From contig NC_057728.1 in the NCBI RefSeq assembly GCF_004010195.1, forward strand, positions 42,140,844-42,202,627: a stretch of 61,784 bases of DNA. The letters run 5' to 3'. Source of the DNA: Chiloscyllium plagiosum. Its lineage: Eukaryota. The notes below the pieces were generated by a model. That model searched no databases and was not told the origin of the DNA. It saw nothing but the letters and a program-made list of their open reading frames with translations. Positions 23,381 to 36,305 of this stretch are shown here, one piece after another; positions within the stretch are counted from its first letter, which is position 1; the number at the start of each line of letters is the position of its first letter. Made by a program: the position numbers and the translations under genes.

Positions 23381-25415
23381 TAGTACATAGAACATATAAC
23401 ATAGAACATTACAGCACAGAACAGGCCCTTTGGCCCTTGATGTTGGGCCGCCCTGTAAAACCAATCTGAAGCCCATCTAACCTACACTATTCCATTCTTG
23501 TCCATTTGCCTATCCAATGACCATTTAAATGTCCGTAAAGTTGGCAAGTGTACAACTGTTCCACACCCCCTACTACTCTCTGAGTAAAGAAACTACCTTT
23601 GACATCTGTCCTATATCTATCACCCCTCAATTTAAAGCTATGTCCCCTCATGCTAGCCATCAGCATCCTTGGAAAAAGGCTCTCACTGTCCACCTGATCT
23701 AACCCTCCAATCAACGTATGTGTCTCAATTAAGTCACCTCTCAACCTTGTTCACTCTAGTGAAAACAGCCTCAACCTTTTCTAGTAGACCTTCCCTCCAT
23801 ACCAGGCAACATCCTAGTAAATCTCATCTGAACCCTTTCCAAAGCTTCCACATCTTTCCTATGATGCGGTGACCAGAACTGCATGCAATACTCCAAGTGT
23901 GGCCACACCAGAGTTTTGTACAGTTGAAGCATGACCTCATTGTTCCGAAACTCGATCCCTTTTCCAAAGCTTCCACATCTTTCCTATGATGCGGTGACCA
24001 GAACTGCATGCAATACTCCAAATGTGGCCGCACCAGAGTTTTGTACAGTTGAAGCATGACCTCATTGTTCCGAAACTCGATCCCTCTACTAATAAAAGCT
24101 AACACACTGTATGCCTTCTTAACAGCCTATCAACCTGGGGGGCGACTTTGAGGGTTCTATGTACATGGACACTGAGATCTCTCTGCTCATCTATACTACC
24201 AAGAAGCTTACCATTAGCCCAGTACTCTGCATTCCTGTCACTCCTTCCAAAGTGAATCACCGCATACTTTTCTGCATTAAACTCCATTTGCCACTTCTCA
24301 GCCCAGCTCTGCAGCTTATCTATGTCCCTCTGTAACTTACAACATCCTTCAACACTATCCACAACTGTACCAACCTTCGTGTTGTCTGCAAATTTACTAA
24401 CCCATCCTTTTATGCCCTCATCTAGGTTGTTTATAAAATTGACAAACAGCAGTGGATCTAAAACAGATCCTTGTGGTACACCACTAGTAACTGAACTCCA
24501 GGATGAACATTTCCCATCAACCACCACCCTCTGTCACCTTTCAGCTTGCCAATTTCTGATCCAAACTGCCAAATGGCCTTCAATCCCATGCCTCTGTATT
24601 TTGTGCAGTAGCTTCCACGGCGAACCTTATCAAATGCCTTACTGAAAACCATATATACCACATCAATGGCTTTACCCTCATCCACCTGTTTGGTCACATT
24701 CTCAAAGAACTCAATAAGTTTTGTGAGGCACAACCTACCCTTCACGAAACTGTCTTGACTATCTCTAACGAACCTATTCCTTTCTAGATGATTATAAATA
24801 CTATCTCTTGTAGCCTTTTCCAACACTTTACCCACAACCGAAGTAAGGCTCACTGGTCTATAATTACCAGGGTTGTCTCTACTCCCCTTCTTGAACAAGG
24901 GAACAACATTTGCTATCCTCCAGTCTTCTGGTACTATTCCTGTAGACAATGATGACATAAAGATCAAAGCCCAGGGCTCGGCAATCTCCTCCCTGGCTTC
25001 CCTGAGAATCCTAGGATAAATCCCATCTAGCCCAAGGGATTTATCTTAAACTTTCCAGAATTTCTAACTGAATTTGGTCACTATCACCAAAGTGCTCACC
25101 TACCTCTAAATCTAAATCCAATACCCAGTACCAAATCTAATGTGGCCTCGCCCTTTGTTGGCATGTTTACATACCGTGTCAGAAAATCCTCCTGCACACA
25201 ATGGACAAAAACTGATCCATCTAAAGTACTTGAACTTTAGTATTCCCAGTCAATACTTGGGATGTTGAAGTCCCCCATAACAACTACCGTGTCGCTGTCA
25301 GTTCTATCAAGAATCATCTTTGCTATCCTTTCCTCTACATCTCTGAAACTATTCAGACCTATAGAAAGCTCCCAACAGGGTGACCTCTCCTTTCCTGTTT
25401 CTAATCTTAGCCCAG
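23381..25415 (-). mobile_element. CR1 LINE ORF2 with internal deletions and a tandem duplication
   Basis: VPEDWRIANVVPLFKKG, NYRPVSLTSVVGK, SGVPQGSVL, KFADNTK and VMGDFN; (TAGAACA)n tail at 23381-23410. Confidence 0.95.
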
Positions 25416-26589
25416 TGTGCAATTCCAGTTGTGATGAAGGAGATGAATGTTGAGTAACGTGGCAGGGGTGCTAAACAAGTTACATACTTCTGCTATGCTT
25501 CCCCAGTGTGATTGCAGCTGTCTCTATTTAGATAAGTGGTTAGTCTTCCATCATGCTTCTGACTTATCTATTGTAGATGGTTAAATATTTAAAATAATCA
25601 GGCAGTGAGAAACTCATCAACAATTAACCATTTTACTTTCCTTTTAATATGAAAGACTTGTCCTGTTCTGTTTCTGGACAGAGCTATAATGTTGGCAATC
25701 CCATGATGCTGACTCTCTTTAAGATCAAAGGGTGATCTTGAACCTTGTCAAAAATGGTCATTGCTGGACACTTTTAAAATGTAAATGTAACACATCATTT
25801 CACTGGTAAAATTTGTATCACGTGGACTTTCGAACACCTTTATTTTATGTAGGTCTCCAGGATTTTGCCTGATATTTTGATTATTAAAGGCATTAGAAGT
25901 AGATATTCCTAGATAGCCTAAATGTCTGGAAGTTTTAATAGTTTGAAATGGACCTAGTTTGACTATTTCCAGTAAAATGTTTAACAACTTAAAAAAATCT
26001 TATACTTGCATGAATTTTACACCAAATCTTTCAACTTTAAATCTTATGTTCACTTTTCTAATTAAACTCCCGACAAAAGCTCCTTGTAATTATACCCTCC
26101 CAGTTGCGCCCGAAAATCATGTTTAGAAGTTCCACAACCTGCACTTTAGAGAAAGCCATGTGCACTGAACAATTTCTCAGCTACTGTCAAAACTCTGTCC
26201 ATTTTGCTATTTAATTGTAGATAAAATAATAAAATTCTCAAATTATGAAATTTGATATAAAACTAGATACAGAATATATAGCTTAAAGGTGAAACTGAGC
26301 ATAAGCTGTGTGGCTTAGCCTAATAATTTACTGCCCTCTCATCCTGATGCACCTGAAGTATGCATTTGGTCCTGTCTCCACATGTGAAATTCCACAGTAG
26401 ATCAATTATAAACTTTAAATATGATGATCAAAAACAGCATGAGTGCCAACATACTACAAACTTCCACTTAATAGAAGCATCCTCCTTTCATTTCCTTCTA
26501 TTTTATTTTTAAAAATTAAACTTACATTTATCATCTTCTAAAATATACCTATGTCTACCATCGGCTGATCTTAAAATATGTTTCTGTTT

Positions 26590-26866
26590 ATGCTCTTTGT
26601 ATGAAGCATTATACAAAGGTCCTGTCTGCTCTGTAAGGTAAATGAAAAAGATCCTGTGACATATTCAAAGAAAAGCTCTCCTAGCACTTTGGCCAATAAT
26701 TATTCCTCAACTTATGACACAAAAGGGGAGTCTTGCTATGTGAAAGTTATCTTTTGTACTTCCCTATATTGTAAGTGTGACTGCACTTCATAAATACTTA
26801 ACTGATTGCACAGCACTTTGAGATATTGTGAGATCATGGAAAAGAACTAAATAATTGCAGGGCTTT
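26590..26866 (+). mobile_element. Deu-domain SINE remnant (SacSINE1/AmnSINE-like)
   Basis: aaaagatcctgtgacatattcaaag...tggccaataattattcctcaac...gtgactgcacttca...cactttgaga resembles the Deu domain and 3' tail as I recall them; not aligned computationally. Confidence 0.55.
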
Positions 26867-27184
26867 GTTTTACAGTGTTACAGAGCTTTCATTTTATACG
26901 CACAAACAAATTGTTGAGATACCTTATCTTTAAATTTAAGGCTGTTAAGGAGTCTCAACAGAAAACTACTTGTATCTAAATAACTGGAACAAAGCATACA
27001 ATTTATAGCCTTTAAACCAAATTTCAATATCTAAATCTGCATTAGTAGACAATGCTTCCTCAACCTACGTCACAAAGATTATTATTTACTTCATATTTGT
27101 AGAAATGGTATTTATTTACTTTTGAGAGTGAACACTAACAGTCTTAATTAAAATTAATTACGTGCAAGGCACAGTGAAAGAGGA

Positions 27185-27840
27185 CATAACAACAGGAGTA
27201 AACTATTCAACCCCTCAACTCTGTTTCACCATTCAATGGCTGATCTCCATCCGCCTTCTTTTGACACATATTTTTAATACCCTTATTTAAGAAAGAATGA
27301 TTAATCTCGGATGTAAAGGTCAGCATCCACTGTTGTTTGTGGAAGAGCGTTCCAAATATCTATCACCCTTTGTGTGTAGAAGTGCCCCCTCAGACCTCTC
27401 CTGAATGGTCTGGCCCTTTAGTTCTCGAATTCCTATGCAGTGGAAATAGTTTATCTAGACTCTCTTTTTCTTCAAATATCTTGAAGACTTCGATCACATC
27501 ACCATTTAATCTTCTAAATACTAGAGAAAACATGCCTAATTTGTATAATATTCTCTTCATAACCCCAGAAGCCCAAGTATCATTCTTGTAAACCTATGTT
27601 GTACTCCCTCCATAGCTAATGTATTCTTCCCAAAGTGTGGCATTTGCACCTGGTCTCTGCACTCCAAATGGGATTTAAGCAGAGTTTTGTCTAACTGCAG
27701 TTTAACTTCTGCATCCTTGTACCCTCTAGATATAAAGGCCAACATTCCAGTGGCTTTCTTGATTGTTTTCTGCATCTGTTCATGCATTTCAAATGTGTAT
27801 GCATTTGAAACCCCAAGTTTTTTTGAACATCCACATGTAC
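27185..27840 (-). mobile_element. Old CR1 3' fragment
   Basis: IKKATGMLAFISRG...EGVQHRFTRMILGL. Confidence 0.8.
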
Positions 27841-27944
27841 TGTTGAAGCCTTATTGACACAGATCTAGTTCAAAGTTTGTGAGAAGATTTGTAGCTCGGG
27901 TGCTCGTTGTTGTAGTTCTGTTCGCGGAGCTGGGAATTTGTGTT

Positions 27945-27984
27945 GCAGACGTTTCGTCCCCTGTCTAAGTGACATCCTCAGTGC
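27945..27984 (-). ncRNA. Hammerhead ribozyme, inverted copy (family C)
   Basis: Reverse complement gcactgaggatgtcacttagacaggggacgaaacgtctgc; differs by one C>U change that keeps stem II as a U-G pair. Confidence 0.8.
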
Positions 27985-29882
27985 TTGGGAGCCTCCTGTG
28001 AAGCGCTTCTCTGTTGTCTCCTCCGGCATTTATAGTAGTTTGTCACTGCTGCTTCTGGTTGTCAGTTCCAGCTGTCCGCTGCAGTGGCCGGTATATTGGG
28101 TCCAGGTTGATATGTTTGTTGATAGAATCTGTGGATGAGTGCCATGCCTCTAGGAATTCCCTGGCTGTTCTCTGTTTGGCTTGTCCTATAATAGTAGTGT
28201 TGTTGCAGTCGAACTCATGTTGCTTGTCATCTGCGTGTGTGGCTACTAAGGATAGCTGGTCGTGTCGTTTCGTGGCTAGTTGGTGTTCATGGATACGGAT
28301 TGTTAGCTGTCTTCCTGTTTGTCCTATGTTAGTGTTTTCTGCAGTCCTTGCATGGGATTTTGTAAAAAAAATGGACAGATAACCAGGTTTGACCTACAGA
28401 GAATGAAACCTGAAAGCAACACCACTCCCAGATTCTATGGACAACCTAAAGTCCACAAGCCAGACATCACTCAGACCCATCGTACTGCTACCAGGGACAC
28501 CATCACACAAACTGGCTAAAGAACTACAGCAGAAACTGAAACACTTGATCAGCAGATCCAGACACTCTATACTGTCAACACAGGAATTCTTGGACATCAT
28601 CAGAAATATACACATAGACAAGGAAGAAACTATAGTCTCATTCAATGTAACAGCACTGTTCACCTCTTTCGACAAAATCCTAGCCAGAGAAACAATAGCC
28701 AACCTGCTGGACATACAGAACAGACAACAAGACGGGGAATCTATCAACAAAGACTGCATACGCAAACTACTGGACCTGTGCCTCACAACACACTTCACAT
28801 TCAACAACCAAATATATGAACAAATCAACGGCACCCCCATGGGCTCACCCATCTCTGGACTCAAAGCAGAAGCTGTAATGCAAAGATCAGAACAAATAGT
28901 CTTACCGCAAATACAACCCAAACTCTGGGTCTGATATGTGGATGACGCCTTTGTAATCATTAAAAACACAGAAATAGAGAACACACACCGGATCATCAAC
29001 ACCACACTCACAGGAATCCGATTCACCACAGAGGAAGAAAAGGACAACCAATTCCCATTCCTAGACATGATGGTACAGAGAACACCGAACGGAGAATTCA
29101 CCACAAAGGTATACAGGAAAGCCACACACACTGACCAAGTCCTGAACTACGAAAGCAAACACCCCAACACACAAAAGAAGTTGCATCAAGACACTGATCT
29201 AAAGGGCCACAACACACTGCAGCACACCAGAACTGCAAAAAGAGGAAGAAGAACACCTCTACAATGTATTCACCAAAAACGGATACCCCCACAATTTCAT
29301 CAACAGATGCCTAAGGGAAAGACAACATGCCACAACCCAAAGGACTAGCCACATTACCATACATCAAGAACATCTCAGAACTGACAGCTAGACTACTGCG
29401 ATCACTAGGACTCATAACAGCACACAAACCAACAGCCACTCTCAGACAACAACTCACAAGGACAAAGGACCCGATACCCAGCATGAGCAAAACCAATGTA
29501 GTGTACAAAATCCCATGCAAGGACTGCACAAAACACTACATAGGACAAACAGGAAGACAGCTAACTATCCGTATCCATGAACACCAACTAGCCACGAAAC
29601 GACACGACCTGCTATCCTTAGTAGCCACACACGCAGATGACAAGCAACATGAGTTCAACTGGGACAACACTACTATTATAGGACAAGCCAAACAGAGAAC
29701 AGCCAGGGAATTCCTAGAGGCATGGCACTCATCCACAGATTCTATCAACAAACATATCAACCTGGACCCAATATACCGACCACTGCAGCGGACAGCTGGA
29801 ACTGACAACCGGAAGCGGCAGAGACACACCACTATAAATGCCGGAGGAGACAACAGAGAAGCGCTTCACAGGAGGCTCCCAA

Positions 29883-29922
29883 GCACTGAGGATGTCACCT
29901 AGACAGGGGACGAAACGTCTGC
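29883..29922 (+). ncRNA. Type I minimal hammerhead ribozyme of the Penelope element (family C)
   Basis: GCA-CUGAGGA-U-GUCACCU-AGAC-AGGGGAC-GAAA-C-GUC-UGC. Core intact, stem I GCA/UGC, stem II with one mismatch, GUC cleavage triplet, palindromic ACGU stem III. Confidence 0.85.
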
Positions 29923-30830
29923 AACACAAATTCCCAGTTCGGCGAACAGATCTAGTTTTAAGTGATCGAATTTCATTATGATATAGCTCCTTTAGCACAC
30001 ACTCAGTAGCTATCCTTCGATTAAAGGTATAATTAATCCTTTAGTATTAGGTGAACTTAATGGTTTGTTCCCTGTAATCCTGGCAGCATTTAACTTACAA
30101 AACAAAGGTGACTTGCACTTCATGGAAATCATTCAGTATGTTGAAATGTTTTTCGGGAGATACAGGACAACAGTGGGAGAATGGATGACAAAGCATATAT
30201 CGAAAATATTTCATTGGCAACATGTTTTCCTCAGTTCCTTCAGTTATCATGCACATAGCTGAACCATAAAGGACACTATTGATGTTTGAAGAGCATGGCT
30301 TATTGATGGGGACCTACAGTAGTGATCCTTTTACTGGACGTTATGATTATTGGTTTGGCAACTCTACACAATTATGGATTTCATCATACCAGGATGAAGT
30401 TGTGCAGCTCAGGTGCAATATAACTGGTATAACGCAAATCCAGAGCAGTGTTTCCTTTAAGGCTGAAGTAGGGAAGTGAGACGATATACCACTTGGCTTT
30501 GTAGTAATGTTGGACTGTAATTGCGCAGAAACACAAGCTGTAGTATTGGTGCAATATGAAATTGGTAAGTACAATTTCTACTGTTGCAGTTATAATACTG
30601 GATTGCACGTTTCAACACAAACCTCTATAATTAAGGCTAAAAGGTCATATTTCTACGTTACGTATGTGGTACTTGTCATAGTTATTATAAGATTTCTTTC
30701 CTAATGCCTATTTAAAAACATCATCCATGGCATCATCCTGAGGTGGGACTTGAACCCAGATCTACGGAAACTACAACTGTGCCACAAGACCCCAAATATA
30801 ACTATTTATTTTGGATACAACAATAATCTC

Positions 30831-30998
30831 GGAGAAAGTGAGGATTGCAGATGCTGGAGATCAGAGTCGAAAGTGTGGTGCTGGAAAAGCACTGCAGGTC
30901 AGGCAGCGTCCGAGGAGCAGGAGAATCGATGTTCAAGGGCTTATGCTCCTTGGATGTTGCTTGACTTGCTGTGCTTTTCCCCACCACGCTTTCGACTT
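30831..30998. mobile_element. Fold-back Penelope family B mini-element
   Basis: agtcgaaagtgtggtg...aaaagcactgcaggtcaggcagcgtccgaggagca is followed by its approximate reverse complement. Confidence 0.8.
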
Positions 30999-31479
30999 CC
31001 ATCAATAAGCACTTCTTAATGGAGCAACTGATCTTTCCCTACCTTACGTTCACAATATAGAGAAAATTCGTTACTTTTAACTAAGGTTAAAAAGATGAAA
31101 GAATTTGTGACATGTCCCTAATGATGAGAATGCATACGATCAGTTTTCGAGGGGAGATGGCAATAGAGCTTTGGTGTTTGTACAAATTTGTTTTTCACGT
31201 AAGATCATACTTTTCAACTTCATTTGTGGAATATCCAAACAATTAATGTTCTTTCAGGAGTAGCCAGTCTCGCAACTCAGCCAGTGAGTACTATATAGCT
31301 CATTTGGGGGATCAGCAGAATATTGTAGCCCGTTTGCAATGAATTTTCGCAGGATACAAATGACCCTATCGTGCTTGATAAACCGAATGTCGAAGTTATG
31401 TTTTTGTTTCACTTGCTTAACCTTCGTTCCAGAGATGCAATGATGTAACTATAGTGAAAAATCCACATATTTAAAAGTA

Positions 31480-31760
31480 GTAGTTCGAACCAGCGAAGGA
31501 CGAAAAGCCCACTCAACGGCAGCTCACGGGAGCGCGCTCCGCGTCGCCGGCCTGACCGGGGCGCGCAGTGCTCGCTCCCTCATCCAGTCAGGTTGCAGCG
31601 GACACGGAGCGGCAGGAAGCCCCGAGCGGATCGCATCGCATCATTGAGAGCACACCGCGGTAGCGAGGGTTAGGAAGACGCGCTGAAGGGGAAGCCTTGA
31701 GGATGGGCTGCTCCAGGACATTGGTGCGGACGGCGAGCCTCTTGCTGACGGTGAAACTTC
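31480..31760 (+). promoter_or_regulatory. CpG-island-like WIF1 promoter and 5'UTR
   Basis: Abrupt GC- and CpG-rich stretch (e.g. gcgcgctccgcgtcgccggc, gggcgcgc) in an otherwise CpG-depleted window, directly upstream of the ATG. A smaller CpG patch lies at about 31970-32030. Confidence 0.75.
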
Positions 31761-31841
31761 TCGTTTTGCTGAGTGAAGCCACACAACCTGACGGGAGCCT
31801 CAACATGTGGATAGATGCTCACCAAGCCAGAGTTTTGATAG
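31703..31841 (+). CDS. wif1: WIF1 coding exon 1 (signal peptide and start of WIF domain)
   Basis: Reads MGCSRTLVRTASLLLTVKLLVLLSEATQPDGSLNMWIDAHQARVLI(G). WIDAHQARVLIG is the WIF1 N-terminal motif. Phase-1 donor G|GTGAG at 31841/31842, in a CpG-rich context. Confidence 0.95.
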
Positions 31842-32159
31842 GTGAGCACAGTTTCTGACTAGTACCTAGCGTGTTGCATTCAGAAACACCTCCTACATCT
31901 AAAGTGGGAGAATTTGATTGATTCTGCCTTTTATTTTGTAGTTACGTTAATTCAATTGGAAACCCCATTCGGTAAGCGCTGTATTTGGCAGCGCTTCGTC
32001 TTGTGTGCGGGCGGTCCGAGCGAGCAGGTCTCAGTATGAAGTTCACTGAAATGTTGAGTGAACAGTTATACCAAATGAGATGGGGTTTTCTCCCTCTCTT
32101 GCACACTCACTGTCTCAGGGGCTCCCTCTGAAATTTAAAATGGCCTTCTTTACAGATAT

Positions 32160-33440
32160 TGTCATGTTTAAACTCCAAGTTGGGTTCTATTTCTGTCATA
32201 GTATCTAAGTGGCTCGTATCAAGGTCACAAATGGCATCTTATGGGACTGTTGCAAAAGCAGAATTTGCCTTCCTGACCTCGACCTATCTCCGCCTTTGAC
32301 ACTATTCAACATGTTCTTCCAATGCCTTTCCGCTTCCACTCCCTCCTGTTCTTTCCCATTCTCTCCCATTCTCACGTGGCTTCCGTTCTCATTCTTATAA
32401 TCATAGCCAAAAAATCACTTGCAGTGGTCTCTTTTCCTGCTCCCTCATTATTGCCTCTAGTGCCCTCTAAGAATTAAGTTTTGCCTCTCTCCTCTTCCTC
32501 GTCCACATGCTGTGCATTGACAATGACTTCCAGCCTGAGTTTCTACAATCTACACTGATGCCAATCAGCCTTACCTTCCCACTACCACCCTCAACTCCTC
32601 CACTGTTGCTAAATTTCCAGACTACTGATTCAATATCTAGTAGAAATTTCCTCCATTTAAATATTGGCAAGGCTGAAGCCATTGGTTTTGGTCAATGCTC
32701 CAAACTCTGCTCCAGAACTACTGACTCCACCCCTCTCCCAGATGACAGTATGAGACTCAGCTAGCCTGGTTGCAACCTTGGGGTCATATTTGATGCTGAT
32801 ATGAGCTTATGACCTCATGCATAATAGCTCTAAGATTGCCTGTTTCCATCTCTGTAACATCACTCAACTTTATCCTTGTGTCAGCTCATCTACTGAAAGC
32901 CTCATTCTCCCCTTTATTACTGTTGGACTCAACAATTCCAACACAGTTTTGGCTGATGCCCCACATCTAATCCTCTATAAACTCTGTTCCTGTCTTTTAA
33001 CTTTTAATCAATTCCCATTCCTCTATCAGCCTATGCTTGCTGATCTAAACTGCTCCCAGTCCAAAAAATTGTGGATATTGAAAATTCTCATCTTTGTTTC
33101 AAAACCATTCATGGCTTTGCCCCTCCCTGTATCTTTTCCTTCTGCCACAGCCCATGTCTGTCCAATTCTGGCCTTTTGTGCATGCCCAATTATAAATACT
33201 CAACCATCGGTGGCTTTGTCTTTGTTACCAGGTCCTAAGCTATGAGATTCTCTCCGAGAAGACCTTGCTTCTCTCCCTTGGCCTCCTTTTGGAACTCCTT
33301 AAAATGTACTTCTTTTACCTACCCCTCAATCTGTCAGTTGTTTGTCTTGATATCTCCTTATGCCCCTCAATGTCATGCTTTAATTTGTAATGCTGCAGTA
33401 AAGCACATTGGAATATTTCATTACATTAACAGTGCCACAT
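32160..33440 (+). mobile_element. Ancient L2-clade LINE RT remnant
   Basis: Decayed LDLS(A)AFDTI motif (gacctcgacctatctccgcctttgacacta), 'NFLHLNIGKAEAI' and an L2-like 3' end. Confidence 0.7.
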
Positions 33441-33572
33441 AATTATAATTTGGAGCCCACCTCCCCTAGAGTAACTTTGCACATCAGGTCAGATGAACTC
33501 AACCCTGTCTTTTACCAACAATCCAACAAAATAAGTTTAAGGTAATTTGTACACATAGTTATCAATCTTAAT

Positions 33573-33868
33573 CAGATTAGATTCCCTACAATGTGGAAAC
33601 AGGCCCTTCGGCCCAACTAGTCCACACCAGCCCTCCGAAGAGTCACCCACCCAGACCCATTCCCCCTAAGTAATGCACCTAACTCTGCGGGTAATTTAGC
33701 ATGACCAATTCACCTAACCTGCACATCTTTGGACTATGGGAGGAAACTGGAGCACCCGGAGGAAACCTATGCAGGCATGGGGAGACACAGACAGTTGCCC
33801 GAGGCTGGAATCAAATCTGGGTCCCTGGTGCTGTGAGGCAGCAGTGCTAACTGCTGAGCCACCAGGCC
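33573..33868 (-). mobile_element. HE1/V-SINE-like SINE
   Basis: Reverse complement of the 9143 family, with A and B boxes and a (TAATC)n tail. Confidence 0.9.
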
Positions 33869-34205
33869 ACCACTTCTTGAATGACAGGAATGCATGCAGG
33901 CTATCCAAAAATGTTTAAATGAATAGGCATTAAATGAGCTGAAACCTTCTGAATGATTTGTATTCACATTAATTTTATGGAACTGCTATGTCTTTTGTGA
34001 GTGCTTTAGAATATAAATGCACACTTCAAGCACTGGTGAAGGATATAAGAAATGGTAACTTTTCAGTTGAAAAAAATGTGAAATGTATTGAACTTGTAAC
34101 GTACATTTGACAATTTCCTATTCAGATGTTTTGCCAAAAGAACAAGTAAAGCTGGTGCCATAATATTGGCTCTAAATGCTTATTCTGAACTCACCACCTT
34201 TTCAG

Positions 34206-34345
34206 GTTTTGAAGAGGATATTCTTATCGTTTCTGATGGTAAAATGGCACCATTCACTCATGATTTCAGGAAAGCCCAACAGAGAATGCCAGCGATTCCA
34301 GTCAACATCCAGGCCATTAATTTTACCTGGCAGGCAACAGGACAG
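34206..34345 (+). CDS. wif1: WIF1 coding exon 2 (WIF domain)
   Basis: tttcAG acceptor; (G)[54 protein letters not shown] donor; 140 nt with phases compatible with flanking exons. Confidence 0.97.
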
Positions 34346-35954
34346 GTAAAGATAGGTTCCAACATTATTTCATAACATGTTGACTTAATTCTCTCTGAAA
34401 GTTTTGTCTGCACACTTTGAACTTGCGGGGGTGGTAACTTTTTATTAATCTCTAATTTAAACTGTTCTCTGCTTTGAAAATTATTTCTAAATTATGAAAT
34501 AATACATTGAAGTTTGGTATTCAGTTAATTAGAATAAAGATAACAATCCTACAGTGTGTATTTTAATTGTTTCTTAATGCAATAAACCTAAGTCATCAGT
34601 AAACATGGGACAGCACAATCTTACTACAGTATTAGGTAACATTGTTTCACCTCTACCTCAGGAAAATTTGTAATTCTTTTGAGCAGTTGAAAGCACAACT
34701 GAAGGATCTTTTAACATTAGATTGTATCTAGATGATGACCTCAGTTTCTGCAAAACAAAAACTGTGCCCTTAGTAAAATTACTGAAACAAAATTCCTAAC
34801 TTGGTTAGTCATTGCAAGAAAAAAACTCAGAAGTTTAAAAACCACCCATAAATTATAAATAAATATTTACCTCAAATAATGAATGAGAGTATAGAATGAT
34901 GGATTATATATGAACAATGTCAATTTGTCTGACAGTTATAAAAGATCTTTATGAAAAATGACTGATTTCAATGTTATATTTTTCTTTTTCGTTTACCATT
35001 CATATAGCCCAAAGTGTGATCAGTTATGCAACTACCATTTCACCCCTTTCTCTGCACCCTACCTCCTCCATAATACCTTGTCCTTTCAGCTGTAATGTCA
35101 CCAAACATAAGAAATACCTTGTTTGTGGCCTCCATCTAGTGCAGCTTGAATGTGGATGTGAATTTTGCCTATAGCTTGTAAGCTTTGTTTTACAGAAAGT
35201 GGTGCTTGTTGAAAATGAACTCCTTTTGAAGTCTTAATATTTTTATCATGTTCCACTGTGGTATTTTGCATCCCAATGTTGTGCATGCCAGCCAAGATTA
35301 AAGCAACGGGCCCAGGAGATACCCCTTTATTCAGTGCAATATGCATATGGCAACCATCTGTTCCATCTACTAACAGAAAATAACAGTGATAAACTTCTCA
35401 GACTTCTGCCAAAGTAAGAGTTTATTGCCTACAGAAGAAGGTTTGATAGTTATCTTGTGGCTTACATCTGGTTTCACTGGAACTGTACATCATACAGATA
35501 CAAACTTAGTGTTTATGTGGCAAACATCATAACTGGGTTATAGGCTATCAAACAGAAAACATGCACTCTAAAGGAAAAGAAAATGTACTGAACTATTAGA
35601 ATTCAGGTTAAGTACAACCTTTTTATTTTTGTGACAGTAGAAACTTTGAGATTGTTTCAGCTTAATGTTCAAAGGAGGGGACTGATTTTATTTAGGATGG
35701 AGGTTAAGAAATAATAACATACGTATTTTATTATTCCCAGGTAATCATTTAATTATTGGTTGACTTAATTACAACACAACCATTATTTCTTCAGTCTAGA
35801 CACCACCATGTATGAATGACATGAGGCAAGGTTGGTTATTAGCATCTACTGTATTGGCACCACTGAAAATAGGATCAAAAACAAAGTAAAAGGACCACTA
35901 GTACACACCCATTATACAAGAATATTGTGGTGGTGACTACATCTTGTGAATTTG

Positions 35955-36305
35955 TTTTTTTTATTCATTCATGGAATGAGGGTGTGGCTGGGTAGGCAGC
36001 ATTTATTGCTCATCCCTAATTGCTCAGAGAGCAGTTTAGAGTCAACCACATTGCTGTAGATTGGGAGTCACATGTAGGTCAGACCAGGTAAGAATGGCAG
36101 TTTCCTTCCCTAAAGGACATAAGTGAATTTTTTGGGTTTTCTTGACAATTGACAATGGATTCATGATGATAATTAGACTCAATTCCAGACTTTTTAAAAT
36201 AGAATTTGAATTCCAACATCTGCTGTAGCAGGATTTGAACCTGGGTGCCCAGAACATTGTCTGGGTCTCTGGATTAACAGTCCATACCACTAGGCCATCA
36301 CCCCC
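35955..36305 (-). mobile_element. tRNA-derived SINE (second family)
   Basis: Reverse complement tggcctagtggt (A box)...ggttcaaatcc (B box); (GAAT)n tail. Confidence 0.7.

Larger units (their letters stand above)
27871..29950 (+). mobile_element. Penelope/Poseidon-like retroelement (RT plus GIY-YIG) with an inverted 3' copy at its 5' side
   Basis: PRFYGQPKVHKP, SFNVTALFT, GTPMGSPISG, YVDD, FLD, VYRKATHT and NVVYKIPCKDCTKHYIGQTGR. Segment 27875-28362 is an inverted copy of about 29500-29950. TSD ACAGATCTAGTT at 27859-27870 and 29946-29957. The ORF is frameshifted. Confidence 0.95.

Noticed and set aside
1..31400. Possible neighbouring host gene upstream of WIF1 (e.g. LEMD3 by synteny)
   Set aside because: No recognisable exons or second CpG island; small or non-coding exons cannot be excluded.
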